64,000 nucleotides of DNA from an uncultured Methylococcaceae bacterium (GCA_964528035.1 CAZGQY010000002.1:4531-68530); one strand, 5' to 3'. Shown: positions 28,772 through 39,195, counted from the first letter of the stretch. Translations and numbers: made by a program. Notes: generated from the letters alone by a model not told the origin.

Positions 28772-29197
28772 ATGAGTGGTGCTGGCTATGAGGATGATGA
28801 AAGCATACGGGATGACTGTGAATTACTTCGCAGGGTTCAAGTAAAACCAGAATTTACAGTTGTTTGGGACGAGAATTTAGGACGATGGCGGCCAAGCTCG
28901 GCCGCATTTAGAGATCATCCAAACGGATCGCCTATGTCCGTGGTGTTACGAGATGTTCTTGAAGAACAGAACCGTAGCTTGGAAGAAGTTTTACACGGCC
29001 ATACAGGATTTGCCCTGGCTGCGATTACTGCCGGATTCGCCCGTCAATGTCATCAAAAGATTGTTCGCGACCCGTTGCCCGAGGAACCTGCTCACGCTCA
29101 TGTTGTGGGAAAAAAGAAAAAAGCAAGCAGAAAAATGGCGAAACAGTCTGTGTGGGTTTTTGCGCCTGATCTTCCTTCGCCTGAAACGAATCATTAA
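28772..29197 (+). CDS. Small protein with possible ADP-ribosyltransferase-like fold
   Basis: LLRRV...SSAAF...MSV...AHAHVVG residue pattern; third gene of the module. Confidence 0.6.
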   Translation: MSGAGYEDDESIRDDCELLRRVQVKPEFTVVWDENLGRWRPSSAAFRDHPNGSPMSVVLRDVLEEQNRSLEEVLHGHTGFALAAITAGFARQCHQKIVRDPLPEEPAHAHVVGKKKKASRKMAKQSVWVFAPDLPSPETNH

Positions 29198-29224
29198 CCG
29201 CACCGGTTCGCACTATTTGGTCCA

Positions 29225-30397
29225 TTACAATTCACCCTTGAATGCCTTGTCCAGAATCGAGGGGAGCAAGGCGTCGAGTTCGGTGTTTGATAGGATGCCG
29301 TCGGTTCTCGCAGTTTTTAGTTTTTTGCTTGTCAATTCAATTTTCCTCTGCCATTCGATGGGTGGTAACCAACAAACGTGACCCAATATTTGTTCTGGAT
29401 GTACCCGTTTACGACGATCACCTAAGCCTTTGCTGCCGCTGGCGATTTCGGTCCAGATATGGGGTGATTGGAAATATGCCTCCAAAAAATATGATGTAAT
29501 TCGGTCTCTGTCAAAATCGAAAGTTGGAAATTCATTGGATACAAAGAAGCCATCGTATTCCTTGCCGACTTTTGCATACGCTCCTTCAAAGGCAAAAAGC
29601 CGACTGTAAATGAATTGGTTGGCTTTTACTTTATACAGTTTCTTAGCGCTTGTGGACGAACCACCAATCGGTGCCTTTCTGAAAAGGCCGCGCCCAAAAC
29701 TATAAATGCCAAGATTAGAGTACGTGTTAGTTACATCCACTGGGATAGGGTCTAGAGCCAAATCTATGATATTACCGAGAGCTATTCGTTGCCAGCCTTG
29801 ATTTTTCTTTTGGGATTCACTCAGGTCGTTCCGATGGGCCATGGCGATCAGGAGCGCATTCATATCGTTCTGAATAGCCTGCCGCAATCGCTTGGCCTCT
29901 TTGGTCTTGACTGCAAGGGATTCGATTTTTGCGACGATGCGGCGTTGTTCGGGGAGTGCTGGTAGTGGGATAGAAGCGGAAAGTAAGGCATGGGGATTTA
30001 AAGTGCGTCTACGGTCTCCCATTCCTTTTGCCTTGGCTTTTAATTCATCCCAAACTTTTTCAAGGCGGAGCCACCAACCCAGAAATGATCTATCTATCCT
30101 TGGAGTAACTCTAAAAGTTGGAAATTGGGTAGAAACATATTTCCCGTGAAAGTTATCGTTAGAAAGCGCCAAAGCACCTTCCCAACCAAATAGTTGGCTC
30201 ATCACGACATGGTCGGCGTGCAATCGGTAAAACGTTCTATAACTGGTCGATCCTCCGTGTACTGGTTCTCGATCAAATAAGCCACGTCCAAAACTATAAA
30301 CACCTACCATTTCATATTCTTTAGTGGGATTTACAGCTTCTTTATCTAAGTCCAAAGTTATTAAGTCAGAAAGTGGAGTAACGGGCCAATTCTTCAA
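29225..30397 (-). CDS. hsdS: Type I RM specificity subunit
   Basis: Two TRDs plus conserved regions (IPLPALPEQRRIVAKIESL; ELDALLPSILDKAFKGEL); overlaps the hsdM stop. Confidence 0.9.
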   Translation of the reverse strand: MKNWPVTPLSDLITLDLDKEAVNPTKEYEMVGVYSFGRGLFDREPVHGGSTSYRTFYRLHADHVVMSQLFGWEGALALSNDNFHGKYVSTQFPTFRVTPRIDRSFLGWWLRLEKVWDELKAKAKGMGDRRRTLNPHALLSASIPLPALPEQRRIVAKIESLAVKTKEAKRLRQAIQNDMNALLIAMAHRNDLSESQKKNQGWQRIALGNIIDLALDPIPVDVTNTYSNLGIYSFGRGLFRKAPIGGSSTSAKKLYKVKANQFIYSRLFAFEGAYAKVGKEYDGFFVSNEFPTFDFDRDRITSYFLEAYFQSPHIWTEIASGSKGLGDRRKRVHPEQILGHVCWLPPIEWQRKIELTSKKLKTARTDGILSNTELDALLPSILDKAFKGEL

Positions 30398-31965
30398 GCG
30401 ATGTTCTCCGCTATTTGAGTTTTTATTTGCTCTACGATTCGCAGTATACGTCGTTCTTTCTCAAGAATTTCCACCACCAACTCCTCCGGTGCCCGATGCT
30501 CCAAGGCCTCCAAACTATTCGGGTTCTTGATATCCAGATTCACCGAAACCAACCCCCCGGAGTCACCGTATTTCAGCACTTGGTCCACGGAAACCCTCCA
30601 GGCCTGCCGATTCTCCTTCCGTTCATTCCACCATTTGAGACAGTCACCGAACTCTTCATACTGCATCGGCTTGGTCTTGGTGTATTTCCGGCGACCCTCG
30701 GGAATCGAAATTTCGTAATACCAGATATCCCGGGTCGGACCGCTTCGATCAAAGAATAATAGGTTGGCCGGAATGTCAGTATATGGCGCGAAGACGCCTT
30801 CCGGCAGCCGGACGATGGTGTGCAGGTTGAAGTTTTTGAGTAGCTCCTCTTTAATTCGCGCGCAGACACCGTCGCCGAACAAGGTACCATTAGGAACCAC
30901 CACCGCACCACGCCCACCGCTTTCCGATCCATGGCCGGGCCGCTTTAATTTGCGCATGATGAGTTGCAGAAACAGCAAGGCAGTTTCGGAGGTCTGCATA
31001 TCTTCGGGGAAGTTGCCCAGGATGCCTTTTTCTTCCTCGCCGCCAAACGGCGGATTGGTGAGAATGATATCGACCCGATCCTTATCACCTATTTCACGCA
31101 GCGGAAAGCGCAGGCTGTTGCCGGAATCGATGCGCGGATACTCCAGGCCGTGCAGCAGCAGGTTCATCTGCACCAGCAGATAGGGCATTGATTTGGCTTC
31201 GCCACCCGTTAGACTACCGTTTTGCAGGGTTTCCCGGTGTTCCACGGTCTGGCATTGCTTTTCCAGGTGTTCGAAAGCTTCCACCAGAAATCCTCCGGTA
31301 CCGCAGGCCGGATCAAGCAGGGTTTCACCGAGCTTCGGATTCGTAACCTCGACCATAAAGCGTACCACCGGACGCGGGGTATAGAATTCCCCGGAATCGC
31401 CCGCAGCATCGCGCATTTCTCTCAACATGGATTCGTAGAGCCGGCTCAGTGTGTGCATCTCGTCGGACGAATTGAAATGGATGCCGTTGACCTTGTCGAT
31501 AACATCCCTTAGCAGATAGCCGTTGATCATCCGGTTTTGCACACCGCGGAAAACTGTGGCAATCACGTCACGGCGGTCGCCGCCGTTGGCGCCCTGGAGC
31601 CCGCGCAAATAGGCAAACAGACCAGTGCCGCGTGAACCGTCGGGCCGGACCGATTCATCGTTATTGACAAAGGCGATGAGTTCATCACCGGTGACGCTTC
31701 CTTCGACGGCCGCCCAATCCCGCCAGCGATAAGGTGATTCAATGGCCGATTGGAAGGTTTTGCCTTCCAGCACTGCCTCAGTTTCCCGCATGTGTTCGAG
31801 ATCGTCGAGAAATTTCAGGAACATGATCCAGGTCAACATGGGTAGACGGTCGAGGTCGCCATTTAGTCCTTTGTCCTTGCGCATGATCTGACGCGCTGAT
31901 TTGACGATTGAGCCCAATTGCTGGGCTGTGGTCATGGGTTTTGCGTTTTGCTTCTTGGTTGCCAT
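30394..31965 (-). CDS. hsdM: Type I RM m6A methyltransferase
   Basis: GEFYTPRPVV, LDPACGTGGFL, ILTNPPFGG. Confidence 0.95.
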   Translation of the reverse strand: MATKKQNAKPMTTAQQLGSIVKSARQIMRKDKGLNGDLDRLPMLTWIMFLKFLDDLEHMRETEAVLEGKTFQSAIESPYRWRDWAAVEGSVTGDELIAFVNNDESVRPDGSRGTGLFAYLRGLQGANGGDRRDVIATVFRGVQNRMINGYLLRDVIDKVNGIHFNSSDEMHTLSRLYESMLREMRDAAGDSGEFYTPRPVVRFMVEVTNPKLGETLLDPACGTGGFLVEAFEHLEKQCQTVEHRETLQNGSLTGGEAKSMPYLLVQMNLLLHGLEYPRIDSGNSLRFPLREIGDKDRVDIILTNPPFGGEEEKGILGNFPEDMQTSETALLFLQLIMRKLKRPGHGSESGGRGAVVVPNGTLFGDGVCARIKEELLKNFNLHTIVRLPEGVFAPYTDIPANLLFFDRSGPTRDIWYYEISIPEGRRKYTKTKPMQYEEFGDCLKWWNERKENRQAWRVSVDQVLKYGDSGGLVSVNLDIKNPNSLEALEHRAPEELVVEILEKERRILRIVEQIKTQIAENIA

Positions 31966-31968
31966 CGT

Positions 31969-32361
31969 TCAGTCATTCGCCCATTTAATCAGGTCCTGAT
32001 CAAAGGTCTGGATCGACCAGTGGTTTTCTTTGGCCGTGACCGCGATCAGCGCATCGACGAAGCTCAGATTACGTTCCGCATACAGCTGAAGGGCACGCAC
32101 CTGAAGGAGCGGCTCGTGACCTTCCACGCCGCGAAAACTCAATAGCCCGCTGAGTTTCTCCGCGATTTCAGCGCGTGGTATCTGGTAGATTCGCTGCATA
32201 ACGTAGACGCACTCGGCAATGACGGTTTCTGGAAAAAAAGCGGCGCTGCTGCCTTCTCGTACCTCGTTCAGGAAGGCCTTCGCTTTTTGATGGTGTACTG
32301 CGTGGTCGGCAAGGAGGTATCGCAAGATGACATTCGCATCAACGATGTGAATATTTGTCAT
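31969..32361 (-). CDS. vapC: PIN-domain toxin
   Basis: IVDANVILRYLL, VIAEC, LSFVDALI, TFDQDL acidic PIN residues. Confidence 0.85.
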   Translation of the reverse strand: MTNIHIVDANVILRYLLADHAVHHQKAKAFLNEVREGSSAAFFPETVIAECVYVMQRIYQIPRAEIAEKLSGLLSFRGVEGHEPLLQVRALQLYAERNLSFVDALIAVTAKENHWSIQTFDQDLIKWAND

Positions 32362-32584
32362 TGACTTCTGCCTCCCATGCTCGGTCCCTGGCTTCTTCGA
32401 ATGGGATGTATTCTTTAGCGTACTGGTTTAGACTACCGGCCAGGTCTCCGAGTGGTTCTAAGCGGACTTGGCCGTTTTCAATGACAACTTTAACGACATT
32501 CGAACCCAGAAATTCACGGACTTTCTTGGGTAAGGTGATCTGACCCTTTTTCGAGAGTTTGGCTGTTTTTTCATAATCGATCAT
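32339..32584 (-). CDS. vapB: AbrB/MazE/SpoVT-type antitoxin
   Basis: AKLSKKGQITLPKKVREFLG...VRLEP; overlaps the PIN gene start. Confidence 0.85.
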   Translation of the reverse strand: MIDYEKTAKLSKKGQITLPKKVREFLGSNVVKVVIENGQVRLEPLGDLAGSLNQYAKEYIPFEEARDRAWEAEVNDKYSHR

Positions 32585-32625
32585 GGCTTTACCTTTTTAC
32601 ACTCGCATAACTTTATTATATCGCA

Positions 32626-35010
32626 TTACTTTGAGTAAAGTAGCGCCTGCAATCTATCGACCGCCGCCTTCATTGGTGCTGCGCCGCCAAAAAGATTTGC
32701 GATCTCGATGACGTTGCCGTATTCGGAAATGGGCGGGACCTGGAGGGCATCGGGAATTTCAAACTGTTTTGGACCGAAGTCGGTATACTTTTCCAAAAGC
32801 GCATTGAGTACTTCGCGTGCCTCCGGGCCATACTGATCAAAAAAATCAGGCTGGTTTTTTCGCAAATGTACGGCCCGTTCGTGACGGGTGCGAAGCGGCG
32901 CGCCGAATGCCAGGTGGCAAAGCAGGTCCAAGGGATCTGCATTTGGATTCTGAGTCACTTTAGCAAGATGTTCAAACTGAATACCCCGCTCTTCCAGTTC
33001 CATTAGAATTTCTTCGCGTTGTACCGGATCGGCCCAACGTTGTCGTAGTTCCTCGGATGACTGAAACAAAGTCCTGACTTTCTCAGCGGTATAATCGGTG
33101 TACTGTACAACGCGCAGCTGTTTTCCGTCGGCATCCAGCTCGTAGACCAGATGGGTTGTGATTTTGACGATTCCTCCATCCACGTAATATTTTCGAGGTT
33201 CGTTCGGTCCATCTCCGCCGGTCCCGATTCCTCCGATTGTGCCGCCGCCTCCGTTGTCGTCCGGCGGTTCGGGAGTGACATAGGTTCCGCCTTCCTCTTC
33301 TACACCGGTTTCATGGCCGCTGTCGTCTATGGTGATGTCTTCCTCGATGTCAGGATAACCATCGAAATCGGGATCGGCGAAATTTTGCGTGGCTGAGCCG
33401 GTATAGTCGATGATGTTGAACCAAAGCTTGCCGTAATCCTCTCGCAAGCGGGTTCCCCGGCCGATGATTTGTTTGAATTCGGTCATGGCGTTGACGATTC
33501 GCGCCAGCACGACATTTTTGCAGGTGGGCGCATCGACGCCCGTGGTCAACAATTGGGATGTGGTCAGAATCACTGGGCTTGTGGTTTCCAGCTCCTGAAA
33601 GCGGCTGAGGTGCCCTTTGCCGATCTTGCCTTCCTCTGAAGTGACGCGGGCGACATAATCCGGATGTTTTTTGACAAGATCCTGATTCAGGTTGTTCAAT
33701 GCCCGGCGCATCTCGTCAGCGTGTTCCTGATCGACACAGAACACAATAGTTTTGGCGAAGCGGTCAGTACGCTTCATAAAATCGGAAAGATGTCGGGCAA
33801 TGGCTTCGGTTCGCGTACGCAAAGCGATCACGCGTTCAAAATCCCGGGTACCGTATTCGGCGTCGGGGATTTCCCGGCCGTAGCGGTCGACCTGGTTTTT
33901 GTCCGGCCGCCAGCCGGCTGCATCGACATTGGTAATTACCCGGTGAACCCGGTACGGGGCAAGAAAGCCGTCGTCGATCCCTTGCCGTAAGCTGTAGGTA
34001 TAGATCGGATTGTCAAAATACCGATAGGTATCCCGATTATCTTCGCGCAACGGTGTCGCGGTCATGCCAATTTGAAAAGCAGGTTCAAAATATTCAAGAA
34101 TTTCCCGCCAATTACTGTCGTCCCGGGCGCTGCCGCGGTGACATTCGTCGACGATCACAAGATCGAAAAAGTCCCGGGAAAATTCCTTGTAAAGCCCCGG
34201 GCGGCGTTCATCTTTGGCGATTGCTTGATAAATGGCAAAATAGATTTCGCGGCTTTTTGAAACCTTGCCATTTTCGATCTTGAACCGTGCATCTCCGAAC
34301 GGTGCGAAGGTTTTGTCTTTGGGATCATCCACCAAGATGTTGCGATCGGCCAAAAACAGAATGCGCGGCTTTCTATAATCGTTAGTCCTGTTCCATCGGG
34401 TGTTCCAGAGCTTCCAGCAAATCTGAAATGCTACCATCGTTTTGCCGGTGCCTGTTGCCATGGTAATCAGTACCCGCCTGTTACCCAGTAACACGGCCTG
34501 GACCGTGCGATTGATGGCGATCTGCTGATAATAGCGAGGAATATAGCCTTCAATGTTGTGGTAGGGCGAAAGCAGCGTATCAATACACTGATACTGAAGG
34601 CCCTGGGCATGGGTCAGTCGGCTGAATAATTCTTTGGGTTCCGGGTAGGCCGATAGTGTTTTCTCTTGTCCGGACGTGTAATCGAATTCGAGGATTTCAT
34701 GGCCGTTGGTCGCGTAGGCGAATTTTAGACCTAAAATTTCCGCATATTCCTTTGCCTGCTGCATACCGGTCCCGGCGGCGGCATCCTCGGGTTTTGCCTC
34801 GACCACTGCGATCGGAAAATCACGGTTATAGCGTAATAGATAATCAGCACGTTTTTGAGCCCCGCGACGGACACTGCTGCCTCGAACTTCAACACGGCCG
34901 TCGGTAAACGTACACTGTTCAGTGATCGAATGGGGCAGATGTTCCCAACCGGATTCTTTGATCTTTGGCGTCACATAAACGCGGCAGGTATCTGCTTCGT
35001 TTAGAGCCAT
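32626..35010 (-). CDS. hsdR: Type I RM restriction subunit (EcoAI/EcoEI-like)
   Basis: ADYLL...VVEAK nuclease motif, MATGTGKT, VDECHRG, GMTATP, QIIGRGTR. Confidence 0.95.
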   Translation of the reverse strand: MALNEADTCRVYVTPKIKESGWEHLPHSITEQCTFTDGRVEVRGSSVRRGAQKRADYLLRYNRDFPIAVVEAKPEDAAAGTGMQQAKEYAEILGLKFAYATNGHEILEFDYTSGQEKTLSAYPEPKELFSRLTHAQGLQYQCIDTLLSPYHNIEGYIPRYYQQIAINRTVQAVLLGNRRVLITMATGTGKTMVAFQICWKLWNTRWNRTNDYRKPRILFLADRNILVDDPKDKTFAPFGDARFKIENGKVSKSREIYFAIYQAIAKDERRPGLYKEFSRDFFDLVIVDECHRGSARDDSNWREILEYFEPAFQIGMTATPLREDNRDTYRYFDNPIYTYSLRQGIDDGFLAPYRVHRVITNVDAAGWRPDKNQVDRYGREIPDAEYGTRDFERVIALRTRTEAIARHLSDFMKRTDRFAKTIVFCVDQEHADEMRRALNNLNQDLVKKHPDYVARVTSEEGKIGKGHLSRFQELETTSPVILTTSQLLTTGVDAPTCKNVVLARIVNAMTEFKQIIGRGTRLREDYGKLWFNIIDYTGSATQNFADPDFDGYPDIEEDITIDDSGHETGVEEEGGTYVTPEPPDDNGGGGTIGGIGTGGDGPNEPRKYYVDGGIVKITTHLVYELDADGKQLRVVQYTDYTAEKVRTLFQSSEELRQRWADPVQREEILMELEERGIQFEHLAKVTQNPNADPLDLLCHLAFGAPLRTRHERAVHLRKNQPDFFDQYGPEAREVLNALLEKYTDFGPKQFEIPDALQVPPISEYGNVIEIANLFGGAAPMKAAVDRLQALLYSK

Positions 35011-35423
35011 GGTTGGTTCGCAATTGCCCTGCGAGGCCCGGTTCTAATCCATATGCGACCATCGTATTTTACCGGTGGTATGCTCGAAGGCAGAACAGTA
35101 ACTACAGCCACTTCAGCCCTTAATAAAGTACGTTTTTCAACAGTAAGAACAGGTAATGGCAATATATTACTGTCGGTTTTCATATCGGCAAGACTATGTA
35201 GTAGCTCATCAGTAGTGGGTTCATTGGACGGCATTCCATTATCTTGAGCACCGATGAATAGTACACTAGGTTGCTGACGGTTAGGCAGTTCACTTGCATA
35301 GGCATAAATCGCCTGTCGGGCTTTTTTGGGCGAATCATCTTTAAATGATTGCGTGCGCTCGGTAAGATCTGATTCCACGTTTGCAAGTAAGCGTTCTAAG
35401 TCTGCATTAGAAAATGTTTTCAT
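35001..35423 (-). pseudogene. Truncated, degenerate AlbA_2/Schlafen-like protein
   Basis: ESDLTERTQSF...RQAIYAYAS...LFIGAQDNG are decayed AlbA_2 motifs; stops after WIRTGPRRAIA at the hsdR start. Confidence 0.65.
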
Positions 35424-35661
35424 CAGACGTTGTGGAGAGAGCGAGGGGATTAATAGATAAGAGTTGAGTATATCATGACTCTATCACAACAGTTTCTTGT
35501 GTCTGTTCACTGTTTAAATTGCTGATATGAAATACAGAATTAGTTCATCTTGACTTTAATCCAGAGTGAAGTCTTTTAATCAGCATCTTATCAGGCGATA
35601 AATAAGAGCTTTGGGTGTGTTGAAAGCCGGACAATCAAAAACGATGCCTTGCAGGTTCTCA

Positions 35662-36726
35662 TTAACGGGTGCTGTGATGAAGGTCTTGCCATAGAAAATG
35701 GACTTTCGTTCGATTGGCAAAAGAAACCAGAGATAACATCACAGGCACTTCAACCAATACACCCACCACGGTTGCCAGCGCCGCGCCGGAATGGAGGCCA
35801 AACAAGCTAATGGCCACCGCTACGGCCAGTTCAAAGAAATTCGAAGTGCCGATCAAAGCGGCGGGGGCGGCGATGTTATGCGGTACTTTCCACAGATAGG
35901 ACCAGCCATAGGCCAGAAAGAAAATCCCGTAACTTTGTAGTAGCAGTGGAATCGCGATCAGGCCAATCACAAACGGGTTCTCCAAAATAGTCTGCGCCTG
36001 AAAACCGAACAGCAATATCACAGTTGCCAGTAACCCGATCATAGAATAGGGTTCAATGTGGCTTGCAAAGCGCTTTAATGCTTCTCCGTGGTCATCCTTT
36101 TTCACGAGCATATGACGGGTTAAATATCCGGCGACCAACGGGAAAACGACATAAAGAACAACAGACAGCAACAGTGTTTCCCAGGGTACAACAATATCGG
36201 TTATACCGAGTAGAAATGCGGCAATCGGGGCAAAAGCAAACACCATGATCAGGTCATTGACGGATACCTGCACCAGCGTATAGCTGGCGTCACCCTGGGT
36301 CAGCTGGCTCCATACAAATACCATAGCCGTACAGGGCGCAACCCCAAGCAGAATCATTCCGGCAATGTATTCCCTGGCCATATGCGGCTCGACCAAGCCC
36401 ACATAGATATGGCTAAAGAACAACACGCCCAATGCGGCCATGGTAAAGGGCTTAATCAGCCAGTTGACAACGAGCGTGATGCACAAACCTTTGGGTTTGC
36501 GGCGCAGATTTTTAAGGCTGGAAAAATCCACTTGCGTCATCATCGGGTAGATCATCACCCAGATGAGAACCGCTACAACGAAATTTACATGAGCATATTC
36601 AAGGCCGGCCAATAATTGGAAGAATGATGGAAAACCAACGCCCAGACCAACACCAGTAAGAATGCAAAACGCCACCCAAAGGCTTAGGTAACGGCCAAAA
36701 ATACCAAGAGGGGATGCTTCGCTCAT
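35662..36726 (-). CDS. acr3: Acr3 arsenite efflux transporter
   Basis: [49 protein letters not shown]. Confidence 0.95.
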   Translation of the reverse strand: MSEASPLGIFGRYLSLWVAFCILTGVGLGVGFPSFFQLLAGLEYAHVNFVVAVLIWVMIYPMMTQVDFSSLKNLRRKPKGLCITLVVNWLIKPFTMAALGVLFFSHIYVGLVEPHMAREYIAGMILLGVAPCTAMVFVWSQLTQGDASYTLVQVSVNDLIMVFAFAPIAAFLLGITDIVVPWETLLLSVVLYVVFPLVAGYLTRHMLVKKDDHGEALKRFASHIEPYSMIGLLATVILLFGFQAQTILENPFVIGLIAIPLLLQSYGIFFLAYGWSYLWKVPHNIAAPAALIGTSNFFELAVAVAISLFGLHSGAALATVVGVLVEVPVMLSLVSFANRTKVHFLWQDLHHSTR

Positions 36727-37157
36727 ACCAATAGCTCTTTCTCAATACGGGTTTTAAGTGCTTGGAAAACCTCATCAAAGGCCGCATTGATGTGTTGTTC
36801 AGTGCCCTTAGCTTTTGCCGGGTCGGGCGTACTCCAATGCAATTTTTTTGGCTGACCTGGAAAGACAGGGCATGTTTCCCCCGCAGCCTGATCGCACACG
36901 GTGACGACAAAATCTAAAGTCATTTCGGCATATTCATCCCATGACTTGCTGCGCGGAATTCCGGGGTCAATGTCCTGTCGTATAAGTGTTTCAATGGATT
37001 TGGGGTGAACCTTGCCGGTCGGAAAACTTCCTGCGCTGAAACCCTGATAATGATCTTTGCCCAGATGGTTAAGCAGCTTCTCCGCCATAATCGAGCGGCA
37101 GGAATTTCCGGTGCACAAAAACAAAACCCTTTTAATATCACCCGCCATTGGTGGCAA
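36723..37157 (-). CDS. arsC: Arsenate reductase, LMW-PTP/thioredoxin type
   Basis: [36 protein letters not shown]. Confidence 0.92.
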   Translation of the reverse strand: MPPMAGDIKRVLFLCTGNSCRSIMAEKLLNHLGKDHYQGFSAGSFPTGKVHPKSIETLIRQDIDPGIPRSKSWDEYAEMTLDFVVTVCDQAAGETCPVFPGQPKKLHWSTPDPAKAKGTEQHINAAFDEVFQALKTRIEKELLV

Positions 37158-37521
37158 CCTTCTGACTCATGTCACAGCAATCCGACAGTTCGATGACCGA
37201 GCAGCCTTTGGTACTGTCCTTACGAATATTGGCAACTTCACGGCTGCAACAGTCTTTAACCAGAAAACCGATTAAATCCCGCATCATTTCAAAATTTGCC
37301 GTGTAAATGATGGATCGTCCATTACGCCGTGAACGTACAATGCCCGCATTTGAAAGGTGGTTGAGGTGAAAAGAAAGCGTGTTGTGTGGCGTACCCAACT
37401 CATCACTAATTGCCCCCGCGGCAAGCCCGTCAGAACCCGCTTGTACCAGCAGACGAAACGCTTTCAGACGGGTTTCCTGTGACAGTGCATCAAACACAAT
37501 TGTGCTTTTTTCAATGTCCAT
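37138..37521 (-). CDS. arsR: ArsR/SmtB repressor (start ATG 37521 preferred)
   Basis: FDALSQETRLKAFRLLV, TLSFHLNHL, SRRNGRSIIYTANF, LVKDCC. Confidence 0.9.
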   Translation of the reverse strand: MDIEKSTIVFDALSQETRLKAFRLLVQAGSDGLAAGAISDELGTPHNTLSFHLNHLSNAGIVRSRRNGRSIIYTANFEMMRDLIGFLVKDCCSREVANIRKDSTKGCSVIELSDCCDMSQKVATNGG

Positions 37522-37944
37522 CTTATTGTCCATATCTCTAGAGTTATGGACATATATTATTAATCCCAACCTAAGGTGTCAACATAGATTGTTAAAGAAT
37601 CTACGGATTTAAATCAGGCACTGATCCTGCTTGGATTTGCATATTTCCATTGGGTAGTCTCCATTCGCATTTAACAGCTTGATTCGATTAAGTGCTGCCT
37701 TGGACAACCGGATCGCCTCGTGCATCTCAAATTTTCTCGCGTAGAGCTGGCTCCAGGTGTTGATATTGAAACTGAAAGCCGTATTCTCGACCTTCAGACA
37801 CTCACCTGGTATGGTTATGCCAACGAAATTATGGCAGATTGGGCACACCAGCTGATGAAATTGTTGACTACGCCGCATGACCACATGGTGCCCGACAGTG
37901 ACGATTTTGCCTGGGCACCCTTTTAGGTGGTCAGTTCAATTGGT

Positions 37945-38112
37945 TTATAATTCGGAATCCTGTTTGTGATGTTTCATTTTGAAAAGGCCATAGGCAAGAT
38001 GCACAAATCCGATTAAAATTCCGGCGATAAAAACTACATTATTCAGCCGGATTTCGTTTACATTGGCATAAAAATTTAATCCGATACAAGTAAGGATCAA
38101 TAATGCTCCCAT
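37945..38112 (-). CDS. Small two-TM membrane protein (55 aa, below track cutoff)
   Basis: MGALLILTCIGLNFYANVNEIRLNNVVFIAGILIGFVHLAYGLFKMKHHKQDSEL; two hydrophobic segments and a basic tail. Confidence 0.45.
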   Translation of the reverse strand: MGALLILTCIGLNFYANVNEIRLNNVVFIAGILIGFVHLAYGLFKMKHHKQDSEL

Positions 38113-38197
38113 GAGAAGTATTTCGTGGGATTCATTGCGAAACCTTGATGATCAGTTCAAAGAAACCTGGATGAGTACGTGAATAAAAGCAAATAAT

Positions 38198-39195
38198 ATG
38201 CATGATAAACTGTGTCGTCATGGCTCCTACGGGGTCGCGATACTTGGTAGGAACCTGGAAATTCTTGCCACAAACTCGGCGTTCTGTAGTCTACTAGGCT
38301 ACACGGAAACTGAACTAATTAGTGTATTTGTGGAACAGTTGTTTGATCCCAGTTACCTAACAGAATTCAGATCCGCAACCGCGCGTATTTTTACCCAGCA
38401 GATTGCCTTTGCGGAATTGGAACTGCAGTGTATTTCCAATCGCGGTGAGTCGATACCTGTGAATTTAACGATCGATACCTTAGAACCCTCTGAAAATGGT
38501 GGGCGTACTGGGTTAAGTCTGTTGCTGCGAAATTTATCCCACGAAAAGAAACAAGCCCAAGAATTCGATCGCATCCAGTGGTTCCTCAGTACTACCTTCG
38601 ACACTATAGATCAGGGCGTTACAATCTATGATCGGGAATTTCGCCTGGTCGCCTGGAATAATCGTTATAAATCATTAAAAATATTCCCGGACGAATTTCT
38701 CAGACAAGGAACCTATTTGGTGGATGCATACAAATCTATCGCTAAACTCGGGGTATTTGGTGTAGGCGATCCAACCCTCATCGCTCAAAACCATATCAAT
38801 GCATTGGTGAATGGGAATGTAAAACCAGTTGAAGAATTAAAATCGTTGACTGGTCGTCAGGTTGAAATTAGACGATATTTATTGCCCGAAGGTGGACTGG
38901 TCGCCGTATTTACAGATATCACGGAACAACGTAATGCCGAGGAGCAACTGCGTCATTCGCAGAAGATGCAGGCAATAGGGCAGTTGACAGGAGGTATCGC
39001 CCACGATTTTAATAATCTACTGGCAATTATAATGGGTAATGTTGAGCAACTCGGCGAAAAAATAGGACCTGATGAGTTACTCCAACCCTATGTCGAAGCC
39101 GCATTAGGCGGAACGTCCCGCGCAGCGGAACTGACTCACCGGCTGCTGGCATTTTCTCGACGACAGCCTCTCAATCCTATGAAATGCAACCTTAT
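38198..39195 (+). pseudogene. PAS/PAS7-HisKA sensor kinase truncated after the H-box
   Basis: SQKMQAIGQLTGGIAHDFNNLL...FSRRQPL; no HATPase domain, and the frame then reads antisense to the next gene. Confidence 0.85.
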
